Source: an uncultured Verrucomicrobiota bacterium
GTDB lineage: Bacteria; Verrucomicrobiota; Verrucomicrobiia; Limisphaerales; SXQI01
Assembly: GCA_964478815.1 (NCBI GenBank)
Contig: CAYZKY010000003.1
Span: 23,442 to 87,441 of the forward strand
Reading direction: 5' to 3'
DNA: 64,000 nt
Within the stretch, counting starts at the first letter, position 1; each line of letters opens with the position of its first letter. A program made the position numbers and the translations under genes. Of the stretch, positions 36,204 through 43,752 are shown in pieces. The notes beneath the pieces were generated by a model that saw nothing but the letters and a program-made list of their open reading frames with translations, made no database searches and was not told the DNA's origin.

Positions 36204-38319
36204 TCACGCCGAGGAACTCGGCCTGCTTCGCCGTGCCCTCGCCGAGCCGGTCCGGCAGTTCATCCTCGTCGAGTTCGATTCCATCCACCGTTTCCGCCCT
36301 GTCCTCGACGAATTGGTCGCGCTCGCTCCCGAGCGGCACGCCGTTATCCTCGACTTCGACTTCCGTCGTGATCGCCCCGCCGACCTCCTAACGACGGCCC
36401 GCTCTCGTTTAGGTGTTGCCGGGACCGAAGAAATACCCCTCCTCGTTCTGCTCGGCGTGGATGCGTTTGAACAGGACCCCGCCGCGCCCCTCGCCGCCGC
36501 CTTCTGGAAGGCCATGAACCTGGCCCGCGAAGCTTGGGACGGCTTGGGAACCCAGCTTCTCCTCTGCCTCCCCATCTGGAGCTGCCGCCAAGCCGCCACG
36601 CACGCCGATCATCTGCTTGCTTGGGCCTCCCTCCGCATCCACCTCGCCGCCCCCCCAGCACCATCCGGCTGGCTCGCCAACGAAAAACCGCTCCCCTCCG
36701 TCGCTCTATTGGGTGATTTCGGCATCTCTCCTGCGTTGGCCCGGGAGCGCCTCGTTGAACTCAAGCAAAGCTGGCAGCAGGCCGGCGCGCGCTCCGAAGA
36801 TCCCTCCAGCTTCGTCCGCCGCTTCTTCATCCCCATGCTAGAGGCCGCCCTCGCCGCCGGCGATCTCCCCGCCGCCCGCGAAGCCCGCGACGCCGCTTGC
36901 TCCACCGCCCTCATCCCCGAAGAAGACCAGCCCCGCTGGCACGAGTTGAACGTCGCCCTTGCCATCGCCTCGCACGATTTGCACCTAGCTGAAGAACATA
37001 CTCGCAAACTGCTTGAACTCGCTGAGCAAAAAGTCAGTGCGCGCATCGGAGAAACCGCGCTCACGGCCTTAGGGCGCCAAGCCAACTTCTTGGAGCAAAC
37101 TGCGCATTTTGATTTGGCGGAATCACTTTACCGTCGCTTTTTGGCCACTCTAGAACTCCGTTATGGCCCAGAAAATCCCCTGATTGCTTCGTGCCTTAAT
37201 AATCTTGGCCTTTTGTTGCATACGACGGGACGATCAGTCGAAGGTGAAGTCCTGTTGCGGCGTGCCCTCGCGGTCGATGAAAGAGCTTTTGACCCTGATC
37301 ACCCCAATATCGCTGTCCGGCTTAACAATTTGTCCAACATCCTGCTAGCCGCAAAACGATTCGGAGAGGCTGAAATCCTTTTACGTCGCGCATTGGCCAT
37401 CGCCGAACGAAGGTTTGGCACAGATCATCCGTCAGTAGCTGGCTACCTCAACAATCTAGCTCAGATACTACTAAAAACTAACCGTCTCGCTGAGGCCGAG
37501 CCACTCATGCGCCGCGCTCTCCTCACGATTGAGCGAAGCGTCGGCACGGACGACCCCAGGGTCGCGGGCGCGCTTAATAATCTCGCCCAATTGCTTCACA
37601 GCACCAGCCGCTTGTCGGAAGCGGAGCCCCTGATGCGCCGTGCGCTTGCTATTGACGAACGTATCTTTGGCCCAGAACACCCGAACGTCGCGAGAGATCT
37701 CAATAATTTGGCAGAGTTATTGAAGGATACAGGTCGCATAGATCAAGCGGAGCCTCTTGTTCGTTCCGCTTTGGCAATTGAAGAGAGAGCTTTTGGGCCT
37801 TTGCACCACAATGTTGCTCGCAGCCTCAACAATTTGGCGCTTCTGTTGCAGGCCACCAATCGCTCACCCGAAGCTGAAGCCCTGCTGAAGCGTGCGTTGG
37901 AAATAAGCGAGAAAGATTTTGCAGCTAATCAGCCGAACGATCTTACGGCTGCTCTGAATAATTTGGCGCTATTTTTGAAAAGCACCAATCGTCTTGCCGA
38001 AGCCGAACACCACTTGCGTCGCGCCTTGGAAATCGATGAAAAGATTCTGGGAATGAACCACCCAACCGTCGCCATCCGACTAAACAATTTGGCCCAATTG
38101 TTGTACGATGCCAATCGCCTGGACGAAGCCGAGCCTCTGCAGCGCCGCCACCTCGAGATTTTTCTAAACTTCACGCAGACAACCGGGCATCGGCACCCCC
38201 ATCTCAATGCCGCCTTCAACAACTACTTCGCCATCCTCACCCAAATGGGCGACACCCCCGCCCAAGCCCAAGCCAAAATCGCCGCCCTCGCCCAATCCTA
38301 CGGCGTCTCCCTCGGCTGA
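36163..38319 (+). CDS. TPR-repeat protein (about 8-9 TPR_10/TPR_12 KLC-type repeats) with an uncharacterised ~270-aa N-terminal region
   Basis: Repeats of 42 aa follow the consensus LNNLAxLLxxTxRxxEAEPLxRRALxIxExxxGxxHPxVA. The only canonical start in the open frame is a TTG at 36163, 41 nt inside the preceding gene in the +1 frame. Confidence 0.8.
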   Translation: MDTKFAQTLDPKFDHAEELGLLRRALAEPVRQFILVEFDSIHRFRPVLDELVALAPERHAVILDFDFRRDRPADLLTTARSRLGVAGTEEIPLLVLLGVDAFEQDPAAPLAAAFWKAMNLAREAWDGLGTQLLLCLPIWSCRQAATHADHLLAWASLRIHLAAPPAPSGWLANEKPLPSVALLGDFGISPALARERLVELKQSWQQAGARSEDPSSFVRRFFIPMLEAALAAGDLPAAREARDAACSTALIPEEDQPRWHELNVALAIASHDLHLAEEHTRKLLELAEQKVSARIGETALTALGRQANFLEQTAHFDLAESLYRRFLATLELRYGPENPLIASCLNNLGLLLHTTGRSVEGEVLLRRALAVDERAFDPDHPNIAVRLNNLSNILLAAKRFGEAEILLRRALAIAERRFGTDHPSVAGYLNNLAQILLKTNRLAEAEPLMRRALLTIERSVGTDDPRVAGALNNLAQLLHSTSRLSEAEPLMRRALAIDERIFGPEHPNVARDLNNLAELLKDTGRIDQAEPLVRSALAIEERAFGPLHHNVARSLNNLALLLQATNRSPEAEALLKRALEISEKDFAANQPNDLTAALNNLALFLKSTNRLAEAEHHLRRALEIDEKILGMNHPTVAIRLNNLAQLLYDANRLDEAEPLQRRHLEIFLNFTQTTGHRHPHLNAAFNNYFAILTQMGDTPAQAQAKIAALAQSYGVSLG

Positions 38320-38384
38320 ACTTCCGCCCCCTCGCCCACTCCGCCGGGCTCCCTCCAAAGCCCGCCAACGTCCGGTCCCGGCCG

Positions 38385-38446
38385 GAAACCCCAACCGGGG
38401 TTTCATCCTTCAGCCCGGGGTTGCCGCCCCGCGGTTACCCCGGGTT
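38385..38446. repeat. Structured intergenic repeat, copy C (two-hairpin element)
   Basis: Hairpin 1 is GAAACCCC-aacc-GGGGTTTC (38385-38404). Hairpin 2 is CCCGGGGT (38414-38421) paired with ACCCCGGG (38437-38444). The core AGCC-Y-GGGGTTGCCG is shared with copies at 61441 and 62013. Confidence 0.6.
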
Positions 38447-38620
38447 CGCCCCCGCCACAAGACCCCTACCTCGAAGAGGTTGAATCAAAACCCCCGTCAC
38501 AATCCCTCGCCAAAATTCTTGTCCACCACGTTTTGGCGTCCGGGAACGACCGTCCCTCCGCCACTCCTGTCTGCCACCCCTCATCCCGTCGTGCTTGGTC
38601 ATTCGTAATTTAGGCTTAAA

Positions 38621-38702
38621 AGTCAACATTATACAGAATTTCCGCTTGCACCGGCCGCCAGACGAGTCGATATTCCACGCATGAACTACAAAAATGTTGA
38701 CT
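38621..38702. repeat. 10-bp perfect inverted repeat in the AT-rich patch of the 38.3-39.05 kb spacer
   Basis: AGTCAACATT at 38621-38630 and its reverse complement AATGTTGACT at 38693-38702. The same 10-mer recurs at 47135-47144. Confidence 0.5.
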
Positions 38703-39016
38703 ACCGCCCGCTGGTTATGCCCAGCGCCCACCTCGCCCCGCCCGAACTCGCCCGCCAAATCTCTGCTCCATCCCGCTCCATAACCCCAGCCACCATCGCT
38801 AATCATTCAACATTTCAACACCTACTCCCCGCTCACAATCCCTCCAACCCACCCCTCTCCGACCCGCGTAAATTGGACTTCGTAGGACCAAAAACGACCG
38901 CTCCCGCCGATTTTGCCCCGGCATCCGGTCTACATTTACTACTCGATGATCCACCCGCCGCGCCCTCCGATGAACCGCCTCCTCCCCGGCGCAACCCCGT
39001 TCCCCGCGCGCGTTCC

Positions 39017-39045
39017 TTGACGGTGGCGGGGGCGTTTTGTACGGT
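39017..39045 (+). promoter_or_regulatory. Sigma-70-like promoter candidate for bamD (would give a leaderless or near-leaderless mRNA)
   Basis: TTGACG (39017-39022), a 17-nt spacer, then TACGGT (39040-39045). The ATG at 39052 lies 6-7 nt after the -10 element. Confidence 0.25.
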
Positions 39046-39051
39046 GGGCGG

Positions 39052-40044
39052 ATGAGTCGACGGTTGTTCCGCTTGTGCCTCTTTGCCATACTGGCCGCGT
39101 TCGCGACGGTGCGCACCCCCGCGCCCTTCATTTACGTGGCGGGGGAAGGATGGAGCTACGAGCCGGTGGGCGGGAAAAAGTGGACGCGCACGCGGGCCAA
39201 GGATCAGTTGGATGTCGCGAATGAAGCGTTCACCAACAAGGAGTTCCGCCTGGCCGAACGGGCCGCCCGGCGCACGGTGCGCGTCTGGCCCTTCTCCGAC
39301 TACGCGCCGGATGCCCAATACGTCGCCGGCCGGGCGATGGAGGAGCAAGGCAAGGACGAAAAGGCGTTCAAGGCTTACCAGCAGTTGCTGGAGAAATATC
39401 CGAACAGCACCAATTACAACGAAGTGGCTGAGCGCCAGTATCTGATCGCCAACCGGTACCTGGCCGGCAAATGGTTCAAGCTCTGGGGCGTCATCCCGTT
39501 CTTCCCATCGATGGACAAGACGGTGCAGATGTACGAGAAGATGATCAAGAGCGGCCCCTACAGCGAGGTGGCTCCGCAGGCGCAGATGAACATCGGGGCG
39601 GCGCGGGAGAAACAGAAGGATTATGCCGCGGCGGTCAAGGCGTACGAGAGCGCGGCCGACCGGTATCACGACCGGCAAGTCGTCGCCTCGGACGCTACCT
39701 ACAAGGCCGGCGAAGCGTACACGAAGCAGGCGAAGACGGCGGAGTACGACCAGAGCGTGGCGGGCCATGCGATCGGCTCGTACACCGATTTCGTGACGCT
39801 GTTTCCGGAAGATACGCGAGTTCCGGAAGCGCAAAAGCGGATCGAGGAATTGCGGACGGAACAGGCGCGCGGCAGCCTTTTGGTGGCGCGCTTTTACGAG
39901 AAGAAGAAAAAGTGGGATGGCGCGCTGGTCTATTACAATGAAGTGATCCAGCGCGATCCCAATTCGAAATATGCCGAGGAAGCGAAGCAGCGGATTGAGC
40001 AGATCAAGAAACGCACCGCCGCTGCGGAAGCCCGGGCGCAGTAG
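39052..40044 (+). CDS. bamD: Outer-membrane assembly lipoprotein BamD/YfiO-like (TPR)
   Basis: 330-aa ORF with a signal sequence and TPR-like helices throughout. Typical BamD-like phrases are FPEDTRVPEAQKRIEELRTEQARGSLLVARFYEKKKKWDGALVYYNEVI. The ATG at 39052 is preferred over the track TTG at 39037. Confidence 0.75.
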   Translation: MSRRLFRLCLFAILAAFATVRTPAPFIYVAGEGWSYEPVGGKKWTRTRAKDQLDVANEAFTNKEFRLAERAARRTVRVWPFSDYAPDAQYVAGRAMEEQGKDEKAFKAYQQLLEKYPNSTNYNEVAERQYLIANRYLAGKWFKLWGVIPFFPSMDKTVQMYEKMIKSGPYSEVAPQAQMNIGAAREKQKDYAAAVKAYESAADRYHDRQVVASDATYKAGEAYTKQAKTAEYDQSVAGHAIGSYTDFVTLFPEDTRVPEAQKRIEELRTEQARGSLLVARFYEKKKKWDGALVYYNEVIQRDPNSKYAEEAKQRIEQIKKRTAAAEARAQ

Positions 40045-40549
40045 CCCGTGGCTGGCGGGGCTGCTGCTGGCGGCCATGCTGGCGGCAGGGTGCGCGGGGT
40101 ACCGGCTGGGGCCGACAAATGGGGTGCCCGCGGGAGCCCGAAGCATTCGGATCGAACCGTTCCGCAACGAGACGTTCGAGCCGCAGTTGTCCGACGCGAT
40201 CCTGACGAGTCTGCGGCGATCCATCCAGCGGGACGGGACTTATCGGCTCTCCACGAGCGGCGCGGCGGATGTCCGGGTGGAAGGTGTCGTCGACAATTAC
40301 AACCGGATCGGCGTGAGCTTCCAGCCTTCGGACATTCTGACGATTCGCGATTACGAGCTGACCATCCGGGCGAAAGTGAAGGCTACTGAAACGGCCACGG
40401 GCCGCGTGGTGCTGGATCAGCATGTCTCGGGCCGGACCATGTTGCGGCCAAGCGCGGATTTGACGGCGGCGGAGCGGCAGGCGGGCGTGTTGCTGGCCGA
40501 AGATTTGGCCCGGAATATCGCCGGGTTGCTGGTTGATGGGAGCTGGTGA
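39971..40549 (+). CDS. LptE-like lipoprotein (LPS-assembly lipoprotein family), start uncertain
   Basis: Lipobox LLLAAMLAAGCAGY followed by IRIEPFRNETFEPQLSDAILTSLRRSI, a pattern I associate with LptE. The only ATG giving a signal peptide is 39971, which overlaps bamD by 74 nt. Confidence 0.55.
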   Translation: MPRKRSSGLSRSRNAPPLRKPGRSSPWLAGLLLAAMLAAGCAGYRLGPTNGVPAGARSIRIEPFRNETFEPQLSDAILTSLRRSIQRDGTYRLSTSGAADVRVEGVVDNYNRIGVSFQPSDILTIRDYELTIRAKVKATETATGRVVLDQHVSGRTMLRPSADLTAAERQAGVLLAEDLARNIAGLLVDGSW

Positions 40550-41811
40550 TCCGGATATGGTCCGCCATCATGCATGCACTTGGTTATCTCGGGGCGGTTC
40601 TGCTCGCAAATCTCGTCGCCGCGGCGGACTGGCCACAGTGGCGGGGACCTGAACGCGATGGGCATGCCGGATCCTCGGAGCCCGCTCCAGAATCGGCGCT
40701 TTTCCTGACGGCGCCGAAAGTTTCCTGGAAGGCTTCGATCGGGCCGGGCTTTTCGTCGCCGATCATCGCCCAGGGCAAGGTGCTGCTGTGCGACGCGCGG
40801 GACGGCCAGGAGTGGGCGCGCTGCCTGGACGCCGGGACCGGGAAGGAACTCTGGGCGGCGGCTTACGCGCCGATGTTCGAGGATGAATGGGGGACCGGCC
40901 CGCGGAGCACGCCGTTCACGGACGGGGAGCGGGTATATGTGCAGTCTTGCTCGGGCGAATTCCGCTGCCTCAACATTAGCGATGGCTCGGCGGTGTGGGG
41001 CTTTAATTTCGAGAAGGACTACAAGGTCAAATTCCTGGGCAGCAAGGCGCGGGAGGGAACCGCGCAGCGGCGGGGGAATAACGGGTCGGGATTGCTGGAC
41101 GGCGACGCGGTGATCATCCCGGTGGGCGCGGCGGATGGAGCGACGCTCGTTTGCCGGAACAAACTGACCGGGGAGCCGATCTGGACGGCGGGAAACGAGG
41201 AGGCGGCTTACTCGTCGCTCATGGTGGCCGATCTGGCCGGCATGCGGCAGGTGGTGGGCTTGATGGCAGACGGGCTGATCGGCGTGGATCGGACCCGGGG
41301 CAAAGTCCTGTGGCGGGTGCCGCTGCGCACCAACGCGAAACGGCACGCGATGACGCCGATCATCTCGGGAAACCGGGTGATCGTGAATTCTCATACCTTC
41401 GGGATGATCTGTTTCGAAATCGTGCGGGAGGGCGAGGAGTTCAAGGCAAAAGAGGCGTGGCGCAACGATCGGTTGAAAATCAATCTGGCGACGCCGGTGG
41501 TGGTCGGAGAACATCTGTACTCGCACGGGCCGGCACGGAATTTCGTCTGTGCCGAGCTGGCCACGGGACGGGAACGCTGGTCGGCGGACGGGTTCGGCAA
41601 GGAATATTCGAGCGTAGTGGCGCTGGGTGGGAAGGATTTGCTGGTGCTAACGGACGACGGCGAGGGAGTGTGGCTGCGCGCGAATCCGGAGCGGTATGAA
41701 GAGCTGGGCCGGGGCCAACTGGCCGGGAAAAACTGGAACCACGCGGCGGTGGCGGGCGGGCAGTACTACGTCAGGGATCAGCGCGAGTTGATCGCCTACC
41801 GGCTGCGGTAA
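40546..41811 (+). CDS. PQQ-like beta-propeller repeat protein (BamB-family-like)
   Basis: 421-aa ORF. The signal peptide is followed by ADWPQWRGPERDGHAG, typical of this family. Repeated beta-strand/W-containing blades follow. The start overlaps the previous stop by 4 nt. Confidence 0.8.
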   Translation: MIRIWSAIMHALGYLGAVLLANLVAAADWPQWRGPERDGHAGSSEPAPESALFLTAPKVSWKASIGPGFSSPIIAQGKVLLCDARDGQEWARCLDAGTGKELWAAAYAPMFEDEWGTGPRSTPFTDGERVYVQSCSGEFRCLNISDGSAVWGFNFEKDYKVKFLGSKAREGTAQRRGNNGSGLLDGDAVIIPVGAADGATLVCRNKLTGEPIWTAGNEEAAYSSLMVADLAGMRQVVGLMADGLIGVDRTRGKVLWRVPLRTNAKRHAMTPIISGNRVIVNSHTFGMICFEIVREGEEFKAKEAWRNDRLKINLATPVVVGEHLYSHGPARNFVCAELATGRERWSADGFGKEYSSVVALGGKDLLVLTDDGEGVWLRANPERYEELGRGQLAGKNWNHAAVAGGQYYVRDQRELIAYRLR

Positions 41812-41849
41812 GCCACGGAGTGCGGGAGGCCGGTCCGGCGGAGTGCGCG

Positions 41850-43088
41850 ATGGACACGCAAGACATCCTGGTGCGACTGGGACTGGCGCTGGGGCTCGGG
41901 CTGCTGGTAGGGCTGCAACGGGAGCGGTCGAGGGCGGCATTGGCGGGATTCCGCACGTTTCCGCTCGTAACGCTGATGGGATTCCTGGCCGGTCTGGTTG
42001 GACAACAATTCGGAGGCTGGATCGTGGCGGCGGGATTGGTGGGGCTGGCCGGGATGGTGGCAGCCGGGGTGTTTCGCGCGAAACCGGACGACCCGGGGCT
42101 GACGACCGAAGTCGCCATGGCGGTGATGTTTCTCCTGGGGGCGTATCTCACGGCAGGGCCGCACGCGATCCCGATCATCGTTTGCGGGTGCGTCGTCATC
42201 CTGCTGCATCTGAAGCCGCAATTGCAGGCCCTGGCCGGGAAACTGGCGGACGCCGACTTTCGGGTCATTGTCCAATTCGTGCTCATCACGCTGGTGATCC
42301 TCCCGGTCCTTCCCGATCAGAATTACGGACCGTACGAGGTGCTGAATCCGCGGCGGATCTGGCTGATGGTGGTGTTGATCGTGGGGATCGGGCTGGCGGG
42401 CTATGTCATCTACAAGTTTTTCGGAGAGAGGGTGGGATCGGTGGCCGGCGGACTGCTGGGGGGATTAATCTCCAGCACGGCGACCACGGTGAGCTATGCG
42501 CGGCGTTCCCGGCAGGCGGCGGGCAGCGAAGCCGCAGCGGCCTTCGCGATCATGCTGGCTTCGACCGTGGTGTTTTTGCGAGTGATGATTCTGATGGGAG
42601 TCACCGCACCGAAGCTCTTCGAGCACGCGTGGCTGCCGTTTACGGTAATCCTGCTGGCGGTGGGCGGGATCGGGATGCTGGCCTTCCCCAAGGAGACGGC
42701 GCCGGCATCGAACGCGCCCGAGCAACGAAATCCATCCGAACTGCGAGCGGCCTTGGTCTTCGCGGCACTCTACGCGCTCGTCCTGCTCGGAGCGGCGGCG
42801 GCCCGCGATCATTTTGGATCCCGCGGGTTGTTGCTGGTGGCGCTGGCTTCGGGATTGACCGACATGGATGCGATCACGCTCTCGCTGAGCCAGATGGTGC
42901 AAGCCGGCACGCTGGAGGCGAATACCGCGTGGCGGTTCATCCTGGCGGCGTCCCTTTCGAATGTGCTTTTCAAGACCGGAATCGTGGCGGTCCTGGGCAG
43001 CCGCCGGCTGCTGGGCCGGATCGGTCTTCTGTTTGGCCTGGCCGGCGCGGTGGTGGCGGCCGTGGCGTTGTTTTGGCCTGGGCCATGA
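41850..43088 (+). CDS. MgtC/SapB-family membrane protein with DUF4010-like C-terminal region
   Basis: N-terminus MDTQDILVRLGLALGLGLLVGLQRE (the MgtC family signature as I recall it) followed by about 10 hydrophobic helices. Confidence 0.75.
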   Translation: MDTQDILVRLGLALGLGLLVGLQRERSRAALAGFRTFPLVTLMGFLAGLVGQQFGGWIVAAGLVGLAGMVAAGVFRAKPDDPGLTTEVAMAVMFLLGAYLTAGPHAIPIIVCGCVVILLHLKPQLQALAGKLADADFRVIVQFVLITLVILPVLPDQNYGPYEVLNPRRIWLMVVLIVGIGLAGYVIYKFFGERVGSVAGGLLGGLISSTATTVSYARRSRQAAGSEAAAAFAIMLASTVVFLRVMILMGVTAPKLFEHAWLPFTVILLAVGGIGMLAFPKETAPASNAPEQRNPSELRAALVFAALYALVLLGAAAARDHFGSRGLLLVALASGLTDMDAITLSLSQMVQAGTLEANTAWRFILAASLSNVLFKTGIVAVLGSRRLLGRIGLLFGLAGAVVAAVALFWPGP

Positions 43089-43154
43089 CGCGCAACCCGC
43101 GCGGCCGGAAATCACCAAAGTGGAAATTGCGCTTCGGGCCGGGCGCATGGTAGT

Positions 43155-43724
43155 TTGCGGGCCGTCATGCGTTCACAAGTTTATCGCTTGCTGCTTCGGG
43201 GCCTTCTGCCTGCCGTCCTTTTTTCCGCCGCGCTCGGCCTGGGTTGCCGCAGCGCCAGCGCGCCGGTCGCCACGTATGTCCATCCGCTGACCGGACTGCG
43301 GACGGATTTGCTGGGAGACAATTTGATCGAATCGCCGGAACAAACGCCGGAGATGATCTGGCTCAACGCCTACCGGGTGTTCAAGACGAAGTACGAGTTC
43401 ACCTATTATATCGAGGCGATTTACGGCGCGAACGAACAGGTGGGCTATCTCGAGATCGGCCCGGGGCGCTCGCTGACGCTGACGTGCGACGGCGAAGAGA
43501 TCGCCTTCAACGGCATCGGAAGCCTCTCGAACGATCGCGACGGCAAGGCCGTTTTCGAACATGCCCGATACGAAACAACCAGCGCCGAGCTGGAAAAAGT
43601 CGCGCAGGCGAAAATGGTGAGCTTGAAGTTGCGCGGCCGCAACGGCGTCATCCGGCGCGAGCTTTCGCAGGAGAACATCGAGCGATTCCGGCAATTCATG
43701 GCGCAGTCGGGCGGCGCGATGTAA
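43155..43724 (+). CDS. Lipoprotein, function unknown
   Basis: 189-aa ORF with signal and lipobox LFSAALGLGC. I recognise no motif. Confidence 0.6.
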   Translation: MRAVMRSQVYRLLLRGLLPAVLFSAALGLGCRSASAPVATYVHPLTGLRTDLLGDNLIESPEQTPEMIWLNAYRVFKTKYEFTYYIEAIYGANEQVGYLEIGPGRSLTLTCDGEEIAFNGIGSLSNDRDGKAVFEHARYETTSAELEKVAQAKMVSLKLRGRNGVIRRELSQENIERFRQFMAQSGGAM

Positions 43725-43752
43725 TGGCGGGATAATTACGAGGGATTCGCCC

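Noticed and set aside
34770-38319. The track lengths of the NTPase (477 aa) and TPR ORF (718 aa) sum exactly to 1195 aa, the length of the giant NTPase at 5194-8781.
   Set aside because: Numerical coincidence. The sum depends on arbitrary start choices, and the C-terminal halves are not alike (TPR array against non-TPR region). It was not used as evidence.
38681-39055. 124-aa plus-strand ORF (MNYKNVDYRPLVMPSAHL...) filling the spacer before bamD.
   Set aside because: Pro/Ala-rich with no motif and no obvious ribosome-binding site. It runs into the bamD start region. It cannot be excluded as a small protein, but I judge it non-coding.
38833-40224. 463-aa minus-strand ORF opposite bamD.
   Set aside because: Arg/Leu/Pro-rich shadow ORF. 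The plus strand encodes a convincing BamD-like TPR lipoprotein.
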